A stretch of DNA of 24,455 bases from a bacterium (GTDB taxonomy: Bacteria > Cyanobacteriota > Vampirovibrionia > Gastranaerophilales > JBAXKC01): NCBI GenBank assembly GCA_037137535.1, contig JBAXKC010000036.1:1-24455 (forward strand), given 5' to 3'. Under the pieces are notes generated by a model. It worked only from the letters and a program-made list of their open reading frames with translations. It ran no database searches and was not told where the DNA came from. A program made the position numbers and the translations under genes. Position 1 is the stretch's first letter. Each line of letters starts with the position of its first letter. Positions 8,079 through 16,527 of the stretch are shown one piece after another.

Positions 8079-9353
8079 CTAATAGTTAAAGGTCGGCAAT
8101 TTGAATACAAAAACTGTACCTTTTTCATCTGAGCTTAATAAGGATAAACTTCCGTTATGAAGTTCCAGTATTTCTTTTGCTCTTGCAAGTCCTATTCCTG
8201 TTCCTTTTTTCTTTGTAGAAAAATAAGGCTTGAAAATTTTATCTCTGTCCTGCTTTGCTATTCCGTTTCCTTGATCTTTAACTTTGATGTAAAGCATTTC
8301 ATCAGCTTCATTAAAAGTAAGATCAATTTCTATTTCAGAATTTTCAGGCGAGGCTTCCAATGCATTTTTTAAAAGGTTAATTAGTGCCTGGTGTATTCTG
8401 TTTTGATCAAAATTTATAGTTGTATGTAAATGTAAGTCTTTTTTAACAACAAGATTAATATTTTTTTCTTTAAACCAAGGATTAACTAGAGAAATAACAT
8501 CATCAACAGTTTTTTCAATGTTATTTTCTTTAAGGTTTAACTCTAATGGTTTTGAGTAGTCTAAAAGTTCTGAAAGTAAGTTATCGAGGCTTGTAACAGC
8601 ATTTGTAATTGATTGGGTAGCATTTAATATGCTTTCTTTTATCGATAAATCAGAAGAATTAAAGACTAATTTACCTAAATTAGTATTAATTACTTTGCTG
8701 TAGATGCTTAAAAGACTTAAAGGATTTCTTATTTCATGAGCAACAGCCGAGCATGCATAACCAATATTTGCCAGTCTTTCTTTTTCTTCAGTTTTTCTTC
8801 TGTTTTCTGCATTTTCGGTTTCAAGACAGATTAAATCTCTTTGTTGTCCTTCAATGAGAGCGACAAGTTTGTTTAAAATGCTTGTAAACTTCTCATTTTG
8901 TCTTCTGTCCTGCTTTATTTTTAATATATCCGAATCAAGTTCTTCATTATATTGAACTGCTTGAAGGAATTCGTATAATTTTTTAACTACGGCAGGATCA
9001 AGAGAGCATAATCCCTGACAAAGTTCAAATTCAGTATTTTCTATTTTGTCCCAGAAAAGACATACTGAAAAGCGTTCAGCCATAATTACCAGAAATTCGT
9101 CATTTTTTAGAATATCATCAGAAAGATTATCTGAATAATCATAGACTTTTATGCCTGAAAACTTTAAACGGCTTATAAGTCCGTCAAATTTGCTTTTATC
9201 ATTTAGTTTTACAAGAGCCACAGCATCACTTTTTGTATCTACAACCGTCTCTGCCATACACCTAAACAGACTTACAAGAGTCTGTTTAGTGAAGGTATCA
9301 AGTTGTATATTTTCAAATAAGTCTGCCAGGGAATTTGAGAAGTTCTTTTTCAT
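8079..9353 (-). CDS. cytoplasmic sensor histidine kinase (HisKA + HATPase_c) with uncharacterised, possibly DICT-like, N-terminal domain
   Basis: H-box AVAHEIRNPL, N-box NLLKNALEA, G1 DQGNGI, F IFKPYFSTK, G2 GTGIGL; no TM-length hydrophobic segment. Confidence 0.92.
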   Translation of the reverse strand: MKKNFSNSLADLFENIQLDTFTKQTLVSLFRCMAETVVDTKSDAVALVKLNDKSKFDGLISRLKFSGIKVYDYSDNLSDDILKNDEFLVIMAERFSVCLFWDKIENTEFELCQGLCSLDPAVVKKLYEFLQAVQYNEELDSDILKIKQDRRQNEKFTSILNKLVALIEGQQRDLICLETENAENRRKTEEKERLANIGYACSAVAHEIRNPLSLLSIYSKVINTNLGKLVFNSSDLSIKESILNATQSITNAVTSLDNLLSELLDYSKPLELNLKENNIEKTVDDVISLVNPWFKEKNINLVVKKDLHLHTTINFDQNRIHQALINLLKNALEASPENSEIEIDLTFNEADEMLYIKVKDQGNGIAKQDRDKIFKPYFSTKKKGTGIGLARAKEILELHNGSLSLLSSDEKGTVFVFKLPTFNY

Positions 9354-9373
9354 TTTTTAAACCTATTTACAAG

Positions 9374-10084
9374 TTAGACAGCTGCTTTTACTTTTCTTCT
9401 TTTTCCAAGACCGTGATTGATAGCGTATAGTACAGCTTGTGTTCTGTCGTTAACCTGTAATTTTTGGAAAATATTGTTAACGTGAGTTTTAACTGTTGTT
9501 TCACTTATAAATAATGATTTTGCAACACCTTTATATGTAACACCTTGAGTAAGAAGGTCAAGAACTTCTTCTTCTCTTTGTGTAAGGTATGATAATAAGT
9601 TTTCTTCGTCCTCAAATTTTGTTTTTGATTCGTCTTTGAACATTGTCTGGAAATGCTCGAAGAACTTAGCGGCAAGAACAGCAGGAAGGAAGATTTTTCC
9701 GTTTATAACTTCTTCCATAGCAAGAATTAATTGTGAAGCAGCCATAGTTTTTAAGATATAGCCTTTAGCTCCGACTTTCATAGCTCTGAAAACCAAATCA
9801 GAATCGTCATATCCTGTTAATACAAGAACTTTTACATTTTCATTTACTTTTTTGAATTCTTGAATCGCTGTTATACCGTCTACGTCAGGCATATTCATGT
9901 CAACAATAACGATATCAGGATTGTGTTTTTTAATAAGACCGCAAGCAATATCAGCTTTTGCCGCAGAACCGATTACTTCAAAATCACTTTCGATATTAAT
10001 CAATTCTCTAATGCCAACAGCATGGTCATAATTGTCATCAACTATTAAAACTTTAACGTCAGAACGAGTATTCACTCTTCTCAT
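9374..10084 (-). CDS. NarL/LuxR-family response regulator, DegU-like
   Basis: REC domain with intact DD, D(MNMP), T and K. LuxR [12 protein letters not shown]...[29 protein letters not shown]. ATG at 10084 preceded by GGGGAGG at 6 nt. Confidence 0.93.
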   Translation of the reverse strand: [236 protein letters not shown]

Positions 10085-10173
10085 GTACAACCTCCCCAGT
10101 AAACTTAAACCCCAGCAAGTGGTTTATTAATCACTCTGTAGTATTTTTGTTTGTTTAACTACACTATGAATAT

Positions 10174-10263
10174 TACCTCTTATCGAGTAGTCGCTCATCG
10201 ACCCAAAGGTATATTTTTCATACTTAAACAGTAGACCTTTAGTTGATCTATTGGTCTAGACCA
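10174..10263. promoter_or_regulatory. cluster of NarL-type 7-2-7 inverted heptamers upstream of the regulator/flagellar operon
   Basis: TACCTCT-ta-TCGAGTA (10174-10189), TCGACCC-aa-AGGTATA (10198-10213), TAGACCT-tt-AGTTGAT (10232-10247), TTGATCT-at-TGGTCTA (10243-10258); perfect palindrome TGGTCTAGACCA (10252-10263). Confidence 0.45.
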
Positions 10264-10463
10264 TCGCCTTGTTACCATTTATTTATAAGGCTTTAAGCCT
10301 GAATAACATTTTATTGTTAATTTGCATAATTTATATGATTAATTGCAAAATCTCATAGTCTACATAACGTAATCAATATATATGAATGGAAAATTATTAA
10401 TATTATTCTCTACCTATTTTAATTTTTCTTGAGATTAAATCATTTGTTTTATAAACTTTTTAT

Positions 10464-11732
10464 ATGAAGAAAAATTTTATTTACGATTTTCTTATAAAAA
10501 CTCATAAACATAGTAAAAGCGCTCGTGAATTTTTAAAATATCTTGGACCTGGAATCCTTGTAACAGTTGGATTTATTGACCCGGGTAATTGGGCCGCAAA
10601 TTTAGCGGCAGGTTCTAAATTCGGTTATAACATTTTATGGGTAATTACTTTATCGACAATAATGCTTATATTGCTTCAGCATAATGCCGCAAGATTAGGT
10701 ATAGCAAGTGGTTTATGCCTGTCAGAAGCTGCAAATAAATATCTTAAGCCGATATGGGCAAGGTCTATTTTAGTAACAGCCATTTTAGCCTCAATTTCAA
10801 CAGCCTTAGCCGAAATAATGGGTGCTGCGATAGGTTTTGATATGTTGTTTAAAATACCTATAAAAATTGGTGCAGTTATAGCCTTTCTTTTAATTTTATT
10901 ATTACTATTCACTAATTCATATAAAAAACTTGAAAAATTAATCATTGGCTTCGTTTCAATCATTGGTTTTTGTTTTTTAATTGAACTTAGTCTTGTTCAT
11001 ATTCATTGGGCTAAAGCCGCAATAGGTTGGACTGTTCCGTCCTTTCCTCATGGCTCTATTTTTCTTATTATGAGTGTTTTAGGTGCAGTAATTATGCCTC
11101 ATAATATGTTTTTGCATTCTGAAGTTATTCAGAGCAGGCAGTTTAATCTTGAAGAAGAAGCAGTAATTAAAAAACAATTGAAATTCGAGTTTTTAGATAC
11201 TTTATTTTCTATGATTATAGGTTGGGCAATCAATAGTGCAATGATTTTAGTTGCTATTGCAGTATTTTATAATCGTCATATGGTTGTAACAGACTTGAAA
11301 CAGGCAGAATTGCTTTTAGAACCTTTATTATCAAGCAAAGCTGCTTTTATCTTTGCTGTTGCCCTCTTATTTTCGGGTATATCTTCTTCTATTACAGCAG
11401 GCATGGCAGGCGGTTCTATATTTTCAGGATTATTCAACGAGCCTTATAATATCAAAGATTCGCATTCAATTATGGGCGTGTTGATTACTTCCTTATTTGC
11501 GGTTTTAATAATATTTTTTGTTTCTAATCCTTTTAATGCTCTAGTTTATTCGCAAATAGCTCTTAGTATTCAATTACCATTAACCATCTTTTTGCAGATT
11601 AAATTAACTTCTTCAAAAAAAGTTATGGGTAAATATGCTAACTCTAAGCTGACGAGCATTACTTTATGGGTAACAGGTATTATTGTTGCTCTTTTAAATA
11701 TTATTATGTTTGTTTCATTCTTTATTAAATAA
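10464..11732 (+). CDS. mntH: NRAMP-family divalent metal (Mn2+/Fe2+) transporter
   Basis: TM1 GFIDPGN and TM6 GAVIMPHNMFLHS metal-binding motifs; about 11 hydrophobic segments. Confidence 0.9.
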   Translation: MKKNFIYDFLIKTHKHSKSAREFLKYLGPGILVTVGFIDPGNWAANLAAGSKFGYNILWVITLSTIMLILLQHNAARLGIASGLCLSEAANKYLKPIWARSILVTAILASISTALAEIMGAAIGFDMLFKIPIKIGAVIAFLLILLLLFTNSYKKLEKLIIGFVSIIGFCFLIELSLVHIHWAKAAIGWTVPSFPHGSIFLIMSVLGAVIMPHNMFLHSEVIQSRQFNLEEEAVIKKQLKFEFLDTLFSMIIGWAINSAMILVAIAVFYNRHMVVTDLKQAELLLEPLLSSKAAFIFAVALLFSGISSSITAGMAGGSIFSGLFNEPYNIKDSHSIMGVLITSLFAVLIIFFVSNPFNALVYSQIALSIQLPLTIFLQIKLTSSKKVMGKYANSKLTSITLWVTGIIVALLNIIMFVSFFIK

Positions 11733-11864
11733 TTTATATTTGCTTTTTGATTTGCATTAACTTTTGTTAAATAAAAAACACGTTAATAGCAATTTGAAAA
11801 TTTAGAGTTCTTTACTCAATATATAAAAAGTAGAGAATAATCATAAGCAAATAGGAGTAATCTA

Positions 11865-12197
11865 ATGCAAGTTAATAACAATTTATCCTTTAAAGGCAAT
11901 TATCAGTTTAAACTATCAAACTCTTCAGATAGTGATAAATTAGCAGATTCATTTTTAGATACAGCTAAAAAGCAAGGACGAAAAGGTGAGGTACATATAG
12001 GTACTAATTCTTATATTCCAGGTAATAATATTGTCGAAGTTTATACAAATTCCCCACAACTTTCAAAAGATGATGTAACTTTAATTAATAGTTCAATAAT
12101 TTATTCTGAGTTGAACCAGAAACAGATCACTCAGTTAAAAGGGCAATTTCAAAAAGCCCTGAGTGAAAATGCTACAAAATTTGAAGTTACTGCATAA
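11865..12197 (+). CDS. hypothetical protein (110 aa) with N-terminal MQVNNNLSFKG leader
   Basis: AGGAG SD upstream, clean ORF, no recognisable domain. Confidence 0.8.
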   Translation: MQVNNNLSFKGNYQFKLSNSSDSDKLADSFLDTAKKQGRKGEVHIGTNSYIPGNNIVEVYTNSPQLSKDDVTLINSSIIYSELNQKQITQLKGQFQKALSENATKFEVTA

Positions 12198-12214
12198 TTA
12201 AGCAAAAATAAAAT

Positions 12215-13384
12215 TTATTTCAAACAAACTTTTTGGAATATTTTCTTTTTAAAGGGATCAGTGATATGGATATTGTCGGATTCAATGAAAATCATCTTGT
12301 TTACTGTGTTTTTTACAATGTTTTTAAATTCGACATCATCCATTTCATTGTCCATAACTTCTAAAATTTCAGCAGTTTTAAAACCTAAAGACTGAAAAAC
12401 TGTCTTATATTCATTAAATTCATCATGGTTAGATTTAAGTAATTTTTGAATTAATGAATATTCTGAATTAATATTTTTATACTTTTCATTTCTGATATAT
12501 AAAGAAAGAACAGCTTTTTTTTCACCTGATGAATATAAGCTATTTTCTGTCCAGTAGTTTTTAAAATAACCTGAATTTATTTCAAATTCATCGTAAGCAG
12601 AAATTAATAGATTTCCGGGTGTTTTAATTTCTGTGAAGAGTTCTTCTATTATTTTAAGTTTGAATTTTAAATCAGAGTAATTAAACAACGAAGCTATTGA
12701 CTTTCTAAATGTTAATTTGCTGTATAAGTTACTTATTTGAGCAGGTGTTTGTTTATTTCTTCCGTTTAAACTTTTATAAAAATCATCTCTATTGTTAATA
12801 TTGTATAGACATAACTCTGAAATAAAGTCATTTATTAAATTTTTAACTATATTTAGTGGAACTTCACCCTCAAATATTCGTTTATGAAAATCAAATAAAA
12901 GAAAAAATGGTAAGGTGTTACTAAATTCTTGAATAATAAATTTTTGTTTAGAGGTGAAAGCGTCCGATGTAATAATATCAAAAAGGCTTGATATTTTAAT
13001 ATTGCAACAATGATGTTGATCAATCACTTCTTTCTCTTTATTTTCAGGTTCAGACTCTACAGAAGTAAGACTTACTGCTACTTCTTTTATTATTTCTTTT
13101 AATTCTTCTTTTGATTTATTTCTTGTTAATGCTTTAAAAAAGGGAGTTTCTATATAATCTTTAATTAAGTCTTTTTCTTCCGGTGAAATTTTTAAAGATG
13201 AAAGAATAGATTCAATGGAGCATTTATTAATAGAGTTAAAATTGCTTTCTTTTGATTTTTTGCTATTTAATGTTCCAGTAATACTTTCAATTTTTTTTGT
13301 CAGCTTATAGTAGCTTAAGGAAACCTGTCTATCATAGCGACTCTGAGCGCACCCTAAAGTCTTCACTCCGGAGAATCCAGACAT
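12215..13384 (-). CDS. hypothetical protein (~389 aa), probably helical, no recognised domain
   Basis: Long ORF in AT-rich DNA. ATG at 13384 is 9 nt after AAGGA; the track start at 13411 is a GTG without an SD. Confidence 0.8.
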   Translation of the reverse strand: MSGFSGVKTLGCAQSRYDRQVSLSYYKLTKKIESITGTLNSKKSKESNFNSINKCSIESILSSLKISPEEKDLIKDYIETPFFKALTRNKSKEELKEIIKEVAVSLTSVESEPENKEKEVIDQHHCCNIKISSLFDIITSDAFTSKQKFIIQEFSNTLPFFLLFDFHKRIFEGEVPLNIVKNLINDFISELCLYNINNRDDFYKSLNGRNKQTPAQISNLYSKLTFRKSIASLFNYSDLKFKLKIIEELFTEIKTPGNLLISAYDEFEINSGYFKNYWTENSLYSSGEKKAVLSLYIRNEKYKNINSEYSLIQKLLKSNHDEFNEYKTVFQSLGFKTAEILEVMDNEMDDVEFKNIVKNTVNKMIFIESDNIHITDPFKKKIFQKVCLK

Positions 13385-13438
13385 TCTCACATTTCCTTTC
13401 TTTCCACACACTAAACTTAAAATAATTAATATTTAATT

Positions 13439-13465
13439 TTTACCGAGATCGAAGTTTACCGAGAT
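13439..13465. repeat. 11-bp direct repeat TTTACCGAGAT x2 in the predicted leader of the 389-aa gene
   Basis: Exact copies at 13439-13449 and 13455-13465 (period 16). Confidence 0.7.
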
Positions 13466-13539
13466 TGCTAATACAAATAATTTTGTTTCCTCGAGCTTAA
13501 AACCAGCTGAATAAAAAAGTTGCTAGTTGAGCTTAATAT

Positions 13540-13568
13540 ATGTTACAAAACTTAATAATTAAAGTCAA
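13540..13568 (-). promoter_or_regulatory. putative sigma70 promoter of the 389-aa gene
   Basis: Minus strand TTGACT-N17-TAACAT. Confidence 0.55.
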
Positions 13569-13615
13569 GGCGAATTCGGGTTTAAGATGCAACACTCCTA
13601 TATCCTTGTTGGCCG

Positions 13616-13662
13616 TAATAAAAATGACCTGTACTATCAAAATATGATAGTTACAGGTCATT
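13616..13662 (-). terminator. intrinsic terminator after the RTX gene
   Basis: 17-bp stem with one bulge, AATGACCTGTA-CTATCA/aaata/TGATAG-t-TACAGGTCATT (13623-13662), followed on the minus strand by a T-rich tract; 20 nt after the RTX stop. Confidence 0.75.
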
Positions 13663-13682
13663 AGGTCAAGTTGAAATTTTGG

Positions 13683-15101
13683 TTATTTATGCCAGCTGTT
13701 TGAAATAACTGTCATTAATTCGCTGTTTGATTTTACGTCTGTTGCAGAAGTAAGAGTAAGTCCTTTCTCCTGTGAATATGACGCCATATTTTGAATTATT
13801 AAATTTATATCGTTATTAGACAAGAATGAACCATCGTTTAAAGATATTTTTTCAATGGTAAAGGGCTGAAAAAATTGATTTGCTATAGTTATTTCATCGC
13901 CGTTTCCGTAGTTGATTTTTAAGTCGTTATCTACTTTAAAGAAAGAAATATCATTTTTACTAATGTCTTTTCCAAAAATAATTTCATCATTTCCTTGAGT
14001 ATCAGCGACAAAATCATTTCCATCCCCTTTGTTGAAGAGATATGTGTCGTTCCCTTCGAGTCCATATAGTGTATCGTTTCCTTTTCCGCCAATTATTATA
14101 TCATCGGTTGTCCAGCCTTGAAGGGTCTCATTACCGTCAGTTCCCTGCACCCATCCTTTATAATCTTTAATATCATTTGCGGAAAAAGAGGAGTTATCTT
14201 TTGTAAAGGAAAATTGTTCAATTTTTTGTTGGTCAGATACAAACCAGTTATCAATGTTAAGTGAATCGGAGGTTCCTTTTATTCTGATTTGCATATCGTT
14301 GTTGACTCTGTAAAACTCAACCTCGGATTTATCTGTATCAGCATTAAATTTTATAGTGTCAGACCCTCCAAGATCAAAAAGGCTGTCTTGTCCGTAGCCT
14401 TTGCCAAATATATATGTATCCTGTAACTCTCTTCCATACATAAAGTCATTGCCTTGTTTTCCGTCAAAAAGGTTTTTCATATTTTCAAAACCTATTAGGG
14501 TGTCATTTGTTGAAGAGCCTTCGAGTAAGCCTACAAATCTATCTTTATAGTCAGATATATTAGATATTGTTCCACTTTTAGCTATTTGAAGTTTTTCGAT
14601 TACTTGATCAGGATTTGTAAACCAACTATCAAGATTTAAAGAGTCAGAAGTGGTTTTTACTCTTAGTTCAAGAGAATTTCCTATTCTGTAAAAATTTAAA
14701 TCATCTGGAATTGTTGCATTAACAAGTCTTATTGTATCAATACCGCCTGCATCAATGATTTTGTTTTGTCCGTAACCTTTTCCGAAAGTATAAATATCGT
14801 TTCCTGTTCCGCCATATATTGTAGTATTTATTAATTTTTTGTCCGAATTATTTGCTTTGATATCTAATAAGTTTATTTTTTTTATTTCATCCGATATATA
14901 AATTGAGTTTTGAAGCGTATTTGTGTGAATATCATAAATAGTTTCTTTATTATTAAAGTTAGTCTTGTCATTTTTATTGTTTGATGATTTTATTAAATTC
15001 TGCAGGATATTTATTTGACTTGAGAAATTTAATTGAAGTGCATTAAAGTAATCAAGGATGTTGTTTCGGACATCCTTAATGTCATTTATTTTATTTTCCA
15101 T
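13683..15101 (-). CDS. RTX / haemolysin-type calcium-binding repeat protein, probable T1SS substrate
   Basis: GGxGxD-like nonamers (GGTGND, GKQGND, GGKGND, GLEGND); three ~120-aa Y.F.KG.G.D...D.I.F...IE modules; C-terminal DINLIIQNMASY...LM.VI.NSW tail; GAGG SD. Confidence 0.9.
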   Translation of the reverse strand: MENKINDIKDVRNNILDYFNALQLNFSSQINILQNLIKSSNNKNDKTNFNNKETIYDIHTNTLQNSIYISDEIKKINLLDIKANNSDKKLINTTIYGGTGNDIYTFGKGYGQNKIIDAGGIDTIRLVNATIPDDLNFYRIGNSLELRVKTTSDSLNLDSWFTNPDQVIEKLQIAKSGTISNISDYKDRFVGLLEGSSTNDTLIGFENMKNLFDGKQGNDFMYGRELQDTYIFGKGYGQDSLFDLGGSDTIKFNADTDKSEVEFYRVNNDMQIRIKGTSDSLNIDNWFVSDQQKIEQFSFTKDNSSFSANDIKDYKGWVQGTDGNETLQGWTTDDIIIGGKGNDTLYGLEGNDTYLFNKGDGNDFVADTQGNDEIIFGKDISKNDISFFKVDNDLKINYGNGDEITIANQFFQPFTIEKISLNDGSFLSNNDINLIIQNMASYSQEKGLTLTSATDVKSNSELMTVISNSWHK

Positions 15102-15150
15102 ATATTTACCTCTTAATTTAGAATCTAATTGTTGGTAATATATATAATAG

Positions 15151-15177
15151 CTCTAATTTACTTTGAAAAAATTAGAG
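15151..15177. promoter_or_regulatory. 9-9-9 inverted repeat between the divergent RTX and glycosyltransferase genes (possible operator)
   Basis: CTCTAATTT-actttgaaa-AAATTAGAG. Confidence 0.3.
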
Positions 15178-15306
15178 TTTAAATTATTAACATTAAAAAT
15201 TGCTTAATAAAATATTACATAGTAATTTTATTAAATAAAATAAACAATCTATCGTGTATAATTAATTATAAGTTTATGTTTAAAGAAAGTAAATGGTTTG
15301 TAATAA

Positions 15307-16491
15307 ATGTTAACTAATAATGATTATAAATTAGCTATAATCTCTGATCAATTAGCCGGTGGCATTGGTGGAGCTGAAAGTGTTTTATTTGCATTATATG
15401 AATTATTTCCTGACGCTCCTACTTATACAACTGTTTATAATCAAGCCATTATGCCTGATAAATATAAAGATAAAGAAATTATTTCATCTTATATTCAAAA
15501 TTTGCCATTATCAAAAAAGTTATATAAAGCATATTTTCCTCTAATGCCTAGTGCAGTAGAATATTTTGATCTTCAAAAATATGATATTTTGTTTTCTTCA
15601 CATCATTGTGTTGCAAAAGGCATAATACCAAGACCTGATGCTGTTCATCTTTGTTATTGCCATTCGCCAGCACGTTATATCTGGGATATGTTTTGGACTT
15701 ATGCCGAACTTAATAACTTATCACCGTTAAAAAAAATAGTAACTTCAATAATTTCTAATTATATCAGAATGTGGGATGTAACAAGTTCTTGCAGAGTTGA
15801 CCATTATCTTGCGAATTCATCTTATACAGCTAAGAGAATTAAAAAATTCTATAATAGAGAATCTTTAATTCTTCATCCGCCCGTCGATATAAATAAATTT
15901 AAAAACGAAGAGACAGATGATTATTATCTTATGGTTGGTCGCCTTGTTGCTTATAAGGGCTTTGAGTTAGCAGTTGAGGCTTTTAATGAATCTGGTAAAA
16001 AGCTTATTATCGTCGGTAAAGGTGCTGAATATTATAAATTAAAAGAGAAAGCCAATTCTAATATAGTTATGACAGGAAAAGTATCTGATGAAGATCTTGT
16101 TAAATTTATGAATAATTGTAAGGGCTTTGTTTTCCCCGGTAAAGAAGATTTTGGTATTGTAATGGCAGAAGCTCAATCAGCAGGTAAGCCAGTAATTGCT
16201 TTTAAAGCAGGCGGGGCTTTAGATATAGTAAAAGATAATGAAACAGGTGTATTGTTTGAGCAACAGTCAGTTCAGTCATTAAATGAAGCTATTAATAAGT
16301 CTGAGTCAATAAATTGGGACGCTGATTTAATAAGAAATCACTCTAAACAATTCGATAGTAATTTATTTAAAGAAAAAGTTAATTTTTTAATTAATAATGC
16401 TTTTGAACTTGAAGAATTAATAAAAAATAATGGAAAAGAACTTATTTATTCTATTCCAAATAATGAAAATCGAGTTCAAGTTAATTTATAA
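15307..16491 (+). CDS. GT4 (GT-B) glycosyltransferase, WbaZ/mannosyltransferase-like
   Basis: GGAESVL, YCHSPARYIWD, ANSSYT, HPPVD, GRLVAYK, EDFGIVMAEAQSAGKPVIAF (EX7E). Confidence 0.92.
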   Translation: MLTNNDYKLAIISDQLAGGIGGAESVLFALYELFPDAPTYTTVYNQAIMPDKYKDKEIISSYIQNLPLSKKLYKAYFPLMPSAVEYFDLQKYDILFSSHHCVAKGIIPRPDAVHLCYCHSPARYIWDMFWTYAELNNLSPLKKIVTSIISNYIRMWDVTSSCRVDHYLANSSYTAKRIKKFYNRESLILHPPVDINKFKNEETDDYYLMVGRLVAYKGFELAVEAFNESGKKLIIVGKGAEYYKLKEKANSNIVMTGKVSDEDLVKFMNNCKGFVFPGKEDFGIVMAEAQSAGKPVIAFKAGGALDIVKDNETGVLFEQQSVQSLNEAINKSESINWDADLIRNHSKQFDSNLFKEKVNFLINNAFELEELIKNNGKELIYSIPNNENRVQVNL

Positions 16492-16495
16492 GCGC

Positions 16496-16527
16496 AAAAA
16501 AAAACCAACACATCTAAGATGTATTGG
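16496..16527 (-). terminator. intrinsic terminator, minus-strand oriented
   Basis: Minus strand CCAATACATC-tta-GATGTGTTGG followed by T9. One pair is G-U on the minus strand but a C-A mismatch on the plus strand. Confidence 0.75.

Noticed and set aside
10091-10330. c-di-GMP riboswitch or sigma28 promoter ahead of the flagellar operon
   Set aside because: No GGCAAA...GAAA...GACGCAAA class I core is visible. The CTCGATAA on the minus strand lacks TAAA 15 nt upstream. Two small leader hairpins exist but match no family I know.
10300-10463. Mn riboswitch or MntR/Fur box upstream of mntH
   Set aside because: Only AT-rich weak palindromes (TTTGCA...TGCAAA); no yybP-ykoY or M-box consensus is recognisable.
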